Part shown: one piece after another, positions 44,215 through 57,524 of the stretch
Layout of the letters: every line of letters starts with the position of its first letter
Numbering within the stretch: position 1 is the first letter of the stretch
Source: Eledone cirrhosa
Lineage: Eukaryota
NCBI GenBank assembly: GCA_964016885.1
Contig: OZ024745.1
Coordinates: 46,314,001 to 46,378,000 of the forward strand
Length of the DNA: 64,000 nt
Direction of reading: 5' to 3'
Position numbers and translations under genes: made by a program
Notes under the pieces: model-generated
The model's input: only the letters and a program-made list of their open reading frames with translations
Told to the model about the DNA's origin: nothing
Databases searched by the model: none

Positions 44215-44606
44215 TTAAAAGAATAGAGGTGTAACACACAAGTTATTATATATTGGTAAACGGAATAGAAAATGCTGACAAATTGTTCACAGTGAAAAAT
44301 AGTTTAATTAGGAATAAGTGAGAATTAGTAATAGTATTGGTTAGTATTCAGTTTTGGTTTTAAGTTTTACCGGTTGCGCATTTCTAATGCTTTTCAAAAA
44401 TAATTTTGAGATAGAGCGTCCGTGATTAGAGAAAACATCATGGACGCTCTATCTCAAAATTATTTTTGAAAAGCATTAGAAATGCGCAACCGGTAAAACT
44501 TAAAACCAAAACTGAATACTAACCAATACTATTACTAATTCTCACTTATTCCTAATTAAACTATTTTTCACTGTGAACAATTTGTCAGCATTTTCTATTC
44601 CGTTTA

Positions 44607-44612
<6 letters not shown>
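44215..44612. mobile_element. Head-to-head inverted pair of the UUGAAAA/GCAA family
   Basis: 44215-44426 reverse and 44427-44612 forward; flanked by (TA)n. Confidence 0.8.
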
Positions 44613-44680
<68 letters not shown>

Positions 44681-45157
44681 GAAGTGTTAATAAAATCGAA
44701 GTTATGGCAGTGGCCAAACCCACGAAGCAACAATTAGGTTTGCCTGAAGCACTCAATAAGAATGTATCGATAAATTGATAGGCTACACCTTAGAGTAAGT
44801 AACATACATTAGAGAGTGTGACAAATTGAAAACTGCTGCTAGCAGACATAGCCACATAATTCGCCAAAACAACGAAAATACAATCAGGTTAAATATACAT
44901 ACATCTACTTGAAAATGCGCACCCGTTACACTCTGCATGGGTGGTTGGCGAAAGGAAGGGCACCTCACTATAAACCATGCCTAAAAGAGTTGAGAGGACC
45001 CTTCAGCTGTGTCAAAGACACAACAACTACTCCAGTGTTGGTGATCTACATGATAAATGCACCTAGTACATGCTGTGAAGTGGTTGGTGATATGAAGGGC
45101 ATCCAGCCATAGAAAGCTTGCCAAACAAGGGTTTAAGAGGATCCTTCAGCACCTAAT

Positions 45158-45349
45158 AATTGTTTCTATTTTAGGCACAAGGCCAGCAATTACTCAGTAC
45201 ATTACTGGTACTTCATTTTATCGACCTCGTAAGGATGAAAGGCAAAGTTAACCTCGGCGAGATTTGAACTCAGATCATAAAGGGACGTAACTCTATGCTT
45301 CAAAGCATGGCGTCCGACTCTCTACCGATACTGCCAATCCACCGCCCTT
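45158..45349 (-). mobile_element. SINE family 1 with a probable target-site duplication
   Basis: Reverse complement of the family consensus; ccttcagcacctaataat repeated on both sides (about 45143 and 45347). Confidence 0.85.
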
Positions 45350-45651
45350 CAGCACCTAATAATGACCATACGTCAGTGGGATACGGACCTCATCAATCTG
45401 TCTGTGACATCAGTGGCTCCTGCTTTAGTATTGGTTTGGTCTATGTAGACCTGTCCAACCCTTGTTAACAGGGAAAGTGGTCATTAAATGATGATGATGA
45501 TGATATGCATATATAAATATATACCTGTATATATGCATATATATATGTGTGTGTGTATATATATATGCATATAATATATATATATATATATATAGATAGA
45601 TATACACACACATATATATGTGCGTGTGTGGATATATATATGCATATAATA

Positions 45652-45681
<30 letters not shown>

Positions 45682-45682
<1 letters not shown>

Positions 45683-46416
45683 CATCATCATCATCGTTTA
45701 ACATCCATATTCCACGCTTGCATGGGTTTGGACGGGAGTTTTCCCACTTGAGGCAACAGTGGTTGTCTCACTCGCATAGGACTGTCTGGCGGGTTTTCTA
45801 CAGTTGGATGCCCTTCCTAACACCAACCACATTTACAGTGTGGGGCTGGGAGGTTTTTACCGTGTTGCCTACACGGCCACATTACAGCGTGGACTGTGTG
45901 TTTTTTTGTCGTGACACCTACACGACCTCATTTGTTTCGGCCTGGATGTTGTGGCACCAACATAACTTTACATTGAAAGGGGCGGTGTGGATGGGGTTGG
46001 GGTAGTGGGACGGGGGGGGGGGGGGGGGGTATTTTGTTAGAGATGCCTACTGACTGTAGTAGGTTTTACTTTGTATTTAGGTAAGGCGGGTCTTCTCTAT
46101 TACTGAGTACCGCCAAAGATCTCGGTCCAGTGACATTGTCTTGGAGAGGTATAAGTGTGTGAGGTCGGAATTTATCAAGTCGTCCCAGGTTTTTCTGGAT
46201 CTGCCTACTCCGTGGCTAACGTCTATTTTTATTGCCCTGCACTTTTTTATACAGCTGTCGTCTTTCATGTGCATCACGTGACCATACCAACGTAGCCTTC
46301 TCTCGAGTAAACAACATCTGATCCCTCTTATTTCTAATTTTTCCCTTAGTTCGTTAATGCTTTGCCGTTCACGTATATTACTATTACACATCCAGCGGAG
46401 CATGCAAGCTTCGTTC

Positions 46417-46420
<4 letters not shown>
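45682..46420 (-). mobile_element. RTE subfamily A 3' fragment
   Basis: RNEACMLRWM...KTRLT* followed by 3'UTR and tail. Confidence 0.9.
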
Positions 46421-46511
<91 letters not shown>

Positions 46512-46515
<4 letters not shown>

Positions 46516-47300
46516 AGCTGAATTACCTGCGCCTTGCTGCGTTTCACACATTTTTTTTGTAAGAAAATGATTGATTTTAAATCAGTGATATAATTTATGG
46601 AGAAAAACTCTGCATTTCAATATTACTCAATGTAAAATGTAATGCATGAAACATTGGAAAACATTATTTTTTGTAATATATCAAATCAAAATTACATTAT
46701 TAAATCTTATTCTTACTTTGTTTCTTGTAAATAATTTTTTTCAAAATATCAAAATCAAATCTTTTGTGAATAGGCATCATATCTTGTCATTTACCTATAT
46801 AAATCGAACGGAAAAAATTTTCAGCGGTTGTTTTGCGCCCCTAGGAAACCCTTTGATTAAAATAAAAAATACTTATCCAAGTACCCTGGGCAATGTAGTT
46901 TCAAAATATATATGGTTATGGGGGGTCTATCTCCAAAACCATAGGAGGAGTTTCTGAAATCTTGTTCCATTTATTGGCCATAGTTTTCACTATAAGGGGT
47001 TTAACCCCCATTAGGGTGTCTTAATATTATTGAAATTTGCTGAAATTTTGTAAATAGGCATCATATCTTGTCATTTACCTATGGTTTAAATTTCTTATAA
47101 ATCGAAGGGAAAACATTTTTCAGCGGAGGTTTGTGCTCCCGGGGAAACCTTTGATTAAAATGAAATATACTTATTCAAGTACCCTGGGCAATGTAGTTTC
47201 AGAATATATATGGTTATGGGGGTCTATCTCCAAAACCATAGGAGTAGTTCGTGAACTAACAAACAAACAGACAGGAATACAACTTTATATATATAGATAT
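46512..47300 (+). mobile_element. Non-autonomous Helitron/Helentron-like element with an internal ~290-bp duplication
   Basis: Starts actagctgaattacctgcgccttgctgcg; ends with an (acaa)n/acag microsatellite and ctttatatatatagat; 46760-46955 is repeated at 47046-47250. Confidence 0.55.
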
Positions 47301-47324
47301 ATATAGATATATAGAGATATATAT

Positions 47325-47569
47325 AACGGCGATGAATTAAAACGGTTCAGTACTATACGAACATGCCAGACAACAATACGACGGTAATATAGACAACATA
47401 GAAATTAGAATAATATCTAAACATAGAAATGACTCAGCAGATAGGCAAATCAGAGAGGCCAGTGAAATAGAACTTAGAAGGCCAAGGCTAAACAGAAAGA
47501 ATGAATGGAATAACAACAACACCCAAACAAACAACACTGACCTAAGAGAAGTATAAATAAATAAATAGA

Positions 47570-47604
<35 letters not shown>

Positions 47605-47880
47605 ATACATACACAAGCACAATAACAACAAACACATATAAACACACACTAGTAAAGATAGAATACATTAACCAATGCACAGTCACCCAATCACGAACAC
47701 ACATCAAACAAAACACTATACACACACGCAAACGCATGCGCAAAGAAGACAAAATTAAATAAACAAATAAATATATAAACAGACTAAATAAAGATGGCGT
47801 AGAAAATACAATGCAACGGGGGGAAACAATAGCACCACTGACGATGTTGCAGATGTGCAACGAAAGAACTTTGATAAACT
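47325..47880 (+). mobile_element. PLE 3' fragment: GIY-YIG C-terminus plus hammerhead motif
   Basis: Frame not in the ORF track: SVLYEHARQQY...DRQIREASEIELRRPRLNRKNEW..*; CTGACGA(47838)-t-gttgca(gatg)tgcaac-GAAA. Confidence 0.72.
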
Positions 47881-48088
47881 ATATATATGTGTTTGTGTCT
47901 ATATTGTATCTGTATTATTTGTTACCGTTGGTCAGTCAATGGCAACATTGAGGACCGAATAAATTAGATTACCGATATAAAAGACACAGAAGCGAAAAGC
48001 GAAAACCAAACAAACAGTGAGTGTGTTCTGTTATTAATTCTGGCAATATTACACAAATATGACCCTCCCCAAGTATAACAATATATAT

Positions 48089-48634
48089 AAGGACTATTTT
48101 TATCATATGTAACCCATGTGCAACCACGCAGTATTCTTCTTTCTTCTCATGTCTTTTATATATATTTACCTCGGCTGCGTTTGTCTGTTTCTCTCTTACT
48201 GCTTCCCCATTTTCTCTGTTGCTCTCACCTTCTTTCGCCCACTCTGTCAGTTACACTTTCTCTCGACTGACCTCTTCCTCGCACTTCCACTCACTCACTC
48301 TCTGTTTCTCCCCTTCTCACTTCCTCCCGTTTGTCTAGTAGTGGGTTCTCTTCTTGCTCACATCTCACTCATGTCGGACGGTCTGTATACTGATCGCTCA
48401 TGAAATCCACCCAGCTTATGCTGACCGGATAACCATGTTGCTTGTTTATTCCCATCTTTGTGTTGCTTTCATCCTTCTATGTTGTTTACTTGTCTCACTC
48501 GCTTTACGCGATTTACTTGTCCCAATAGCTTTATTTAGCTATTGCTCGCACCAACCTAAGGTATATGATTTTTAATGCGATGAAATATCAATGATGGTTG
48601 GCAAATCACTGCCGAAGGACTATTTTTATCATAT
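48089..48634 (+). mobile_element. Permuted copy of the 510-530-bp element
   Basis: aaggactatttttatcatat at both ends, 526-bp spacing. Confidence 0.72.
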
Positions 48635-48646
48635 ATATATATATAT

Positions 48647-49534
48647 GGATGGAAAAAGTTCAGAGAGCTTATACCACTATTAGCCGCTAAAGGGTTCTCC
48701 CTAAAAATGGAAGGCAGGCTATATGATGCCTACATACGAACAGCAATGCTGCATGGCAGTGAGACCTGGGCATTGTGTGCAGAGGATATACGCAGACTAG
48801 AGAGGAACGAAGCTTGCATGCTCCGCTGGATGTCTAATAGTAATATACGTGAACGGCTAAGCATAAACGAACTAAGGAAAAAATTAGAAATAAGAGGGAT
48901 CAGATGTTGTCTACTCGAGAGAAGGCTACGTTGGTATGGTCACGTGATGCGCATGAAAGACGACAGCTGTATAACAAAGTGCAGGGCAATAAAGATAGAT
49001 GGTAGCCACGGAATAGGCAGACCCAGAAAAACCTGGGACGACATGATAAATTCCGACCTCACACACTTACACCTCTCCAAGACAATGTCACTGGACCGAG
49101 ACCGTTGGCGGTACTCAGTAATAGAGAAGACCCGCCTTACCTAAATACAAAGTAAAACCTACTACAGTCAGTAGGCATCTCTAACAAAACACACCCCCGT
49201 CCCACCACCCCCACCCCACCCACACCGCCCCTTTCAATGTAAAGTTATGTTGGTGCCACAACATCCAGGCCGAAACAAATGAGATCGTGTAGGTGTCACG
49301 ACAAAAAACACACAGTCCACGCTGTAATGTGGCCGTGTAGGCAACACGGTAAAAACCTCCCAGACCCACACTGTAAATGTGGTTGGTGGTAGGAAGGGCA
49401 TCCAGCTGTAGAAAACCCGCCAGACAGTTCCTATGCGAGCAAGACAATCACTCTTGCCTCAAGTGGGAAAACCCCCGTCCAAACCTATGCAAGCGTGGAA
49501 CACGGACGTTAAACGTTGATGATGATGATGATGA
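48647..49534 (+). mobile_element. RTE subfamily A 3' fragment
   Basis: ORF 48707-49144, 3'UTR and tail. Confidence 0.9.
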
Positions 49535-49566
49535 TATATATATATATATGATGATATATATATATA

Positions 49567-51450
49567 TATGTCGGACAGACGGGACGTCGCCTGGCGGACC
49601 GATTCACTGAGCACCTCCGGGATATTCGTCTCGGAGGTAGTTCCCCCATCGCCCGCCACTTTGGTGGCCCTGGACATTCCGCACGCCATCTCACAGTCTG
49701 TGGCTTACTCCAATGCCACGGAACACCCGCCAATCGCCTTAGAGTCGAACAAAGAACTATCTTCATCTTACAGACCCACACTTCCCCCGGCCTGAACTCC
49801 CCACCCTTATTCCTTTAGTCTTCGACCGCCCTCCTCCCCCCACACTTATCCTCCACTAACACCAATAACACACCCCCTCCTTTTCACCGCCCACCCCACA
49901 ACTAACAATACTAACACCTCCACTCCACCCCTCATCCGACCACCCTTCCCCAACTAACATACTAACATCCCTCCCTTCTTCTCCTCCTCCCCCCTCCTTA
50001 TCACACGCACACACCCACCGGCATATTTATACACGCGCTCACACTAAACACACACCCTACTACCACCACTAACCCTCACCTCCACACCTCTCACCCCACA
50101 CCTCCATCCCACCACCCCGCAACTAACCTCACTAACACCCCCTGACCCCAAGCACACGAACACACGCACCCACTTACACCACCCACCCCACACGCAACTA
50201 ACATCACTAACACCCCCCAACCCCACGCACACGTACCCACACACCCTCGTACACCACCAACTCTACACACCCTACCACCACTAACCCCCACTCACACCTG
50301 CATTCAACCCTTCCCCACCTCCCGTATACTAACACCCACTAACACCCCTTCATCAAACTACACACACACCAGTACACCACACTCCCTCCATAGAACTACA
50401 CACACCCTTCTCTCCCCGCTCCACCCACACCCTCGCTCCACACTCACTCATCCCACTAACACCTCTATTAATACACACACACACACCCTCCTCACTCCAA
50501 CTTTCACACCTACCCATCCTCGCCCCTTTACCATTCCACCGACTGCTGCTATGCCCTCTGACCACCTCGCAGCACAAACAGACACACAGCACTCCCATTG
50601 CTTGACCACTTCCTGTTGCGCGCGCACCCCACATCTCTCCTCTTCCGACCATCTCTTCATGGAATACTCGTATGGGGAACTTGACCACCACAGAATCCAC
50701 TAAACATCCTAGGATTTTACCAACTTTTCAACCATCCTCTTACGGAATCATCTATATAACTCACCCACACACACACCCCAAAAATTATTTTTTCTCCACA
50801 CGCCACCTACACCTACAACACGCATAAACCCCACACACACGTGCTTTCCACCACATATTTACACCCTCAGCCTCCTGATTCCTCTCCCCCCCACCCCTCT
50901 ATCCACACACGCACAGACACTCCGACCTACAACCCCCCCCCCCCACACACACACACACACACCTCTTCCTGAACATGCAACTCCGTTCTTCCTCCAACCC
51001 TTACTTTCACATACACACACACACACACACACGTACACCTACACACACACACCACCTTCAGCCCTCCCCGCTCGGACACCTCGTCTCCCTCGCCCCACTC
51101 CACCCGCCACCACCCCTACACACTCCACACCCTTCCACCACCTGTTTTACCCCCCTTTTAATTTCAGTTTATTTTGATCATGCTTTTATATTTAAGTTTA
51201 TTTCATTCCTTGTATTTTGATCATGCTTTATTTTTATTTTTAATTTCATTCGCACCGTTTCCTTTCGCTATATGTCTCTCCACCACTCCCCTACACACCC
51301 TTTGAACTCTGTTCCCACACACTTCTCACCTGAGGAAGGGCTTATGCCCGAAACGTCGTTCCCCACCACCACCCCACTCTCCAGAGCGTGAAATTAATAA
51401 ACATTCGTTGTACTGCCTCTCTGTTTTGTTCCTGTTCAAATTTTTCCATT
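49567..51450 (+). mobile_element. PLE 3' fragment (Neptune-like GIY-YIG C-terminus, C-rich 3'UTR, minimal hammerhead)
   Basis: Frame not in the ORF track: YVGQTGRRLADRFTEHLRDI..SPIARHF..GH..RLRVEQ..I..LQT..PGLN; CTGAGGA(51330)-a-gggc(ttat)gccc-GAAA-cg-TC. Confidence 0.82.
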
Positions 51451-51465
51451 ATATATATATATATA

Positions 51466-51803
51466 TGGAGGCACATGGCTTAGTGGTTAGAGCATTGTCA
51501 ATCGAAAGGTTGTGAGTTCAATTTTGAGACCGGGTGATGTGTTGTTTCCTTGAGCAAGACACTTTATTTCACATTGCTCCAGTTTACTCAGCTGTAGAAA
51601 TGAGATGATAGGGACTGGGGTCCATATCATTCCACTGCAAAGTGGTCGTGCAGATGACACGGCAAAAAAGCACCCAGCACTCACTGTAAATGAGGTTGGT
51701 GTTAGGAAGGGCATCCAGCTGTAGAAATCAAGCCAAAAATCAGTTCCCGTCCCACCCTTACAAGCAGGGAAAAAGCGGACGTAAAAGGAAATGATGAAAT
51801 GAT
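51466..51803 (+). mobile_element. SINE family 2
   Basis: Aligns with 2303-2645. Confidence 0.85.
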
Positions 51804-51810
51804 ATGTGTG

Positions 51811-51886
<76 letters not shown>

Positions 51887-51888
51887 TA

Positions 51889-52210
51889 TGGAGGCACATG
51901 GCTTAGTGGTTAGAGCATTGGTTGTGAGTTCAATTCTCAGACCGGGTGATGTGTTGTTTCCTTGAGCAAGACACTTTATTTCACATTGCTCCAGTTTACT
52001 CAGCTGTAGAAATGAGAGGATAGGGACTGGGGTCCATATCATTCCACTGCAAAGTGGTCGTGGAGGTGCCACGGCAAAAAAGCACCCAGCACTCACTGTA
52101 AATGAGGTTGGTGTTAGGAAGGGCATCCAACTGTAGAATTCAAGCCAAAATCAGTTCCCATCCCACCCTTGCAAGCAGGGAAAAAGCGGACGTAAAATGA
52201 AATGATGATG

Positions 52211-52212
<2 letters not shown>
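51889..52212 (+). mobile_element. SINE family 2
   Basis: Aligns with 2303-2645. Confidence 0.85.
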
Positions 52213-52307
<95 letters not shown>

Positions 52308-52325
52308 TATATATATACATATATA

Positions 52326-53910
52326 GTAATAATAATAAAATTGAAGACTAAAATCCAAAGAGGGCTCGATAAGGAAAATATATATCAAATATATAAGAAC
52401 CGTAGAGCAAATATTTATTAAAATAACAGATTAAAGTTTAAGCAAAGAATCGCTGCTTTCACCCTTAACGGGATCTTCTGAAACTAACAAAGTCAATCTG
52501 TAAACGCAGAACTGGATATTTCAAAAAACGTTGCAACCGGAGGAAGACAGGAAGACGATACTTTGGTTCGTGGCAACGTTCGCTGGCAAAGAACGGGGAA
52601 AAACGAATAATACGTCATTAATAGGAGCGGTGAAAAACAATTACGCGCAAAGACAGAACCACGTTTATGGTATAAAAAAGGTCGTAGACTAATGTTCTCT
52701 TAGGTGGTGCATAGAGACGTTCTCTGGCAATGAACGAAAAAACGAAGATAATAAGTCATATGTGGAGCGTGGAGAAAAATAGCACGCAAAGACAAAACCA
52801 CGTAAATGGTATAGCAGAAGTTGTAGACATAATTCTAACTAGGAGACCAAATGAATCTCCGCTACAGAGTTAAGAACAAAGTAAATAAATACAATACAGA
52901 AGTAATAGAAACAAATAAATACATACACGCAAACAGATACGTACATACACAAGCATACGCAAAACCTTACCATAGGTATACAAAACCACGCACATATAAA
53001 TATATGTGTGTGATACTGCATACTCACGCAGACGCAAAACTCCCGTATACACATAGCCAAACCCTAAATACCAGAATATGTAAAAATTATACGCCATAAC
53101 AGTTAAATATACGTACGAGAAGGCATCTGCGTGAGTATGCAGTATCGTACGTATGGTGGGTGTGTGTATATGCGTACTTCTTGTTTTAGTTGACTTACGT
53201 CTCCGAACATTCGTGTATTTATTTGTAGGTATGTGTGTGCGCTTGTTATATACGTATTTATTTACTTATATACGTTTATATAATTATTTATTTATTTGTA
53301 CACAAGCATACACACACACATATATTTATATGCGCGTGGTTTTGTATACCTATGGTAAGGTTTTGCGTATGCTTGTGTATGTACGTATCTGATTGCGTGT
53401 ATGTATTTATTTGTTTCTATTACTTCTGTATTGTATTTATTTACTTTGTTCTTAACTCTGTAGCGGAGATTCATTTGGTCTCCTAGTTAGAATCATGTCT
53501 ACAACTTCTGCTATACCATTTACGTGGTTTTGTTTTTGCGTGCTATTTTTCTCCACGCTCCACATATGACTTATTATCTTCGTTTTTTCGTTCATTGCCA
53601 GAGAACGTCTCTATGCACCACCTAAGAGAACATTAGTCTACGACCTTTTTTATACCATAAACGTGGTTCTGTCTTTGCGCGTAATTGTTTTTCACCGCTC
53701 CTATTAATGACGTATTATTCGTTTTTCCCCGTTCTTTGCCAGCGAACGTTACCACGAACCAAAGTATCGTCTTCCTGTCTTCCTCCGGTTGCAACATTTT
53801 TTGAAATATCCAGTTCTGCGTTTACAGATTGACTTTGTTAGTTTCAGAAGATCCCGTTAAGGGTGAAAGCAGCGATTCTTTGCTTAAACTTTAATCTGTT
53901 ATTTTAATAA

Positions 53911-53914
<4 letters not shown>
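52326..53914. mobile_element. Head-to-head inverted pair (about 600-bp arms) with a CAGAAGA hammerhead-like motif; PLE-like 3' end
   Basis: 52411-53012 is the reverse complement of 53313-53914; the terminal segment 52326-52410 recurs at 35745-35845. Confidence 0.8.
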
Positions 53915-53957
<43 letters not shown>

Positions 53958-53994
53958 CCTATATATACACATATATATATACATATATATATAT

Positions 53995-54033
<39 letters not shown>

Positions 54034-54086
54034 TATATACATATATATATATACATATATATATATACACACATATATATATATAT

Positions 54087-54147
<61 letters not shown>

Positions 54148-54396
54148 AGTTTCTACATAACCTGGAAATTATTTATCCCAAATTGTAGAAATCTTATAAC
54201 GAAACGGCCATCTGGAAGGAAAGAGATATCTATTTAATAATGTCTCATAAAATAATACAACCAATTATCCACGAAATACTGATTAGTTAGCACACCAAAC
54301 ACTAAATTGGGATAATACTTAAGTATATCCTAATGTTTGTTGAGTGAGATGGAGTTGGTCGGAGTATCGCTTAAGGCTTTCTCTGTTTATGTATTG

Positions 54397-54426
<30 letters not shown>

Positions 54427-54428
<2 letters not shown>

Positions 54429-54983
54429 AAAAAATGGGGAGAAGAATACTGCAGGTTGCACATGGAGAACATGTTATAAAATGAGTCCCTCATCAGTGAT
54501 TTGCCAACGATCATAGATATTTCATTGCATTAAAAATCATATACCTCACGTTGGTGCAATAATAACTAAATTAAGTTATTAGGACAATTAAAACGCGTAA
54601 AGCGAGTGAGACAAGTAAACAACAAAGAGAAAAGCTAACCGTAGATAGGAAGAGGCACAAGCTACATAGTTATTCTGTCAGCATAAGCTGGGTGAATATA
54701 TGAGCGCGTAAAAAATAGACCTTTCGAGATGAATTCAATGTAAGAAAGAAGGAAATTGTTTTCGTCGCGAACGGGGTGAAGTGAGAAGGGGAGAAACAGT
54801 AAGTGAGTCAGTGGAAGTGTGAGGAAGAGGTCAGTAGAGAGAAAGTGTTAACTGACATGACAGAGGGGGCGAAAGAAAGTAAGAGAAACAGAGAGAACGA
54901 GGGAGCAGTAAGAGAGAGAGAGAGAGAAACAGAATCGCAGTTTAGGTAAATATATGTGAAAAAATGGGGAGAAGAATACTGCA
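54427..54983 (-). mobile_element. Permuted copy of the 510-530-bp element
   Basis: tgaaaaaatggggagaagaatactgc at both ends, 530-bp spacing. Confidence 0.75.
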
Positions 54984-55048
54984 TATATACACATATATAT
55001 ATATATATATCTATATATATATATATAGATAGATAGATATAGATATAG

Positions 55049-55079
<31 letters not shown>

Positions 55080-55088
55080 TATATATAT

Positions 55089-55119
<31 letters not shown>

Positions 55120-55407
55120 CAGGGTGCGGACGATATTTGTTTGCAAGATTACTGTCTAGGAAAAAATACCACAGTAGTTTTATTTTTTAAGATATATTTA
55201 TCAAATTTGGGTCAGTTTGTCTTCATGACTTGTTCTTTCAATCTCAAATTTGGAGGTTCAAAATTGTTCATAATCAATTATTCTGAAAATAAATAATGGA
55301 AATATAGTCACTGTTTTTATGAAGACAAGAGTGACAACGGAAGTAAAAAAAATTTGCATAAAATTAACAGTTGAAAATTGCAAACAAATACAAATATCGT
55401 CCGCACC

Positions 55408-55410
<3 letters not shown>
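55120..55410. mobile_element. Tc1/mariner-type MITE
   Basis: Perfect 21-bp TIR cagggtgcggacgatatttgt / acaaatatcgtccgcaccctg; TA flanks. Confidence 0.85.
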
Positions 55411-55454
<44 letters not shown>

Positions 55455-55457
<3 letters not shown>

Positions 55458-55768
55458 TCATCATCATCATCATTTTACGTCCGCTTTTCCCTGCTTGCAA
55501 GGGTGGGACGGGAACTGGTTCTGGCTTGATTTCTACAGTTGGATGCCCTTCCTAACACCAACCTCATTTACAGTGAGTGCTGGGTGCTTTTATCCCGTGG
55601 TGCCTACACGTCCACTTTACAGTGTGGGCTGGGTGCTTTTTTGCCATGGCACCGCCACGACCACTTTGCAGTGGAATGACATGGACCCCAGTCACTATCA
55701 TCTCATTTCTACAGCTGAGTAAACTGGAGCAATGTGAAATAAAGTGTCTTGCTCAAGGAAATAACACA
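55455..55768 (-). mobile_element. SINE family 2, 5'-truncated, with a longer RTE-B-derived segment
   Basis: Reverse complement of the family sequence; retains both gcacccagc repeats. Confidence 0.85.
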
Positions 55769-55847
55769 TATATATATATATACACACACATATATATATA
55801 TACATATATATACATACACATATATATATATACACACACATATATAT

Positions 55848-55920
<73 letters not shown>

Positions 55921-56056
55921 TATACAAACATTACTTTGTTTTATTTTATTTGTCATCATTTGCTCTTTGTATTTTTCTACTGCATTGTACTGGCTTTTTA
56001 AGAAAACTTATCAGTCTTTTACTACATATCTCACAATGCTTCATATTAACTACATT

Positions 56057-56126
<70 letters not shown>

Positions 56127-57177
56127 AGAAGTACATCTGCATCTTTGTATGTAGCTATATGTGTGAATGTGTGTAGATGAGTGTATATGTATGTATATAG
56201 ATATCATGAGAGTGGAATAATCGACTCTTATTTTAGTAAGGTGTGATAAGCACAATGCATTAATAAAGTCAACAGTATTCAGGAATCCAAGACCAAGGTG
56301 TACTCCAGGGTGTTAAGGTAGTGGTGGATGAAAACAGTGTAAGATGCAGAGCATCAATAGTTAATATAAAACAAGAAACCACGGTTGTTAATCAAATTTA
56401 ATCTCATGGATGTGTTAAGAAAATCAATTTTTCTATCTATTTTTTTCTTTCAGAGCCACATAAATTATTTATTTGACTGATTAATTCATCAATTCCATGT
56501 ACCAGTACTGAGCTTATCCCCATTGAAACATCAAAAATGAGTTTATTAATAAAGGAATAAACAAAAATAACAAATTTGAATCTTTTTATTGTTTCTGTTT
56601 TCTTTTTCACTTTTTCAATTTTTTCAATTTTATTTTCCTTTATTTTAGTGAAATCATGATTTTATCAGGCAAGACTGTGTGATCAAGGAGTTTACTTTAC
56701 AACCAAGCAGTGTCTGATTCCATCCCACAGCATGACATCTTGGGTAAGTCTCTTCTACAGCCTTGGGTTTCTACACTGGATATTCTTCCTATCAGCAACC
56801 ACTTGACAAAAATAGATTAGTAAATGTGATAAACAACTATAATGGAGATTGAATAGAGCAACTGACTGAAAGAAAGAACTAGAGTAAAAAGGTGAGATAA
56901 TAGAGAGTAATATGATAGAATGATAAATAACTATATGTTGGTTGTTGGTAAAGTAATTGAGTAGACACAGCATGAGCAACATAATAAGGGAAGAAACAAT
57001 GGCAATGTTGATGATGTTGATGATTGTAAAACAGACAAATGATAGAGAATAATAAATCACTCTAGAGAAAATATTTAAAAACATGTGCGGAAAATAAGCG
57101 GAAAAAACATCCCAAAAGTGCAATTTGGGAGACTGCAGCAGTCCGTCTTGCCAGAAAAGAACGTTGCAATGCTGAAC

Positions 57178-57429
57178 GTGAGTACAAACTTCACAAATCA
57201 GACATTAATAGGAAGAGGCGTGAGTACAAACTTCACAAATCAGACATTAATAGGAAGAGGCGTGAGTACAAACTTCACAAATCAGACATTAATAGGAAGA
57301 GGCGTGAGTACAAACTTCACAAATCAGACATTAATAGGAAGAGGCGTGAGTACAAACTTCACAAATCAGACATTAATAGGAAGAGGCGTGAGTACAAACT
57401 TCACAAATCAGACATTAATAGGAAGAGGC
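57178..57429 (+). repeat. Six perfect 42-bp tandem repeats inside the CR1 ORF2 linker
   Basis: gtgagtacaaacttcacaaatcagacattaataggaagaggc x6. Confidence 0.95.
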
Positions 57430-57524
57430 GAAATAGATTGTCCAACCACCTCAAACAGGTGACAATTTGCTTCAATTTGAGCAGCGCATAGCAACCAGCC
57501 CTGACAGTAAGGTGTTCTGGAAGT

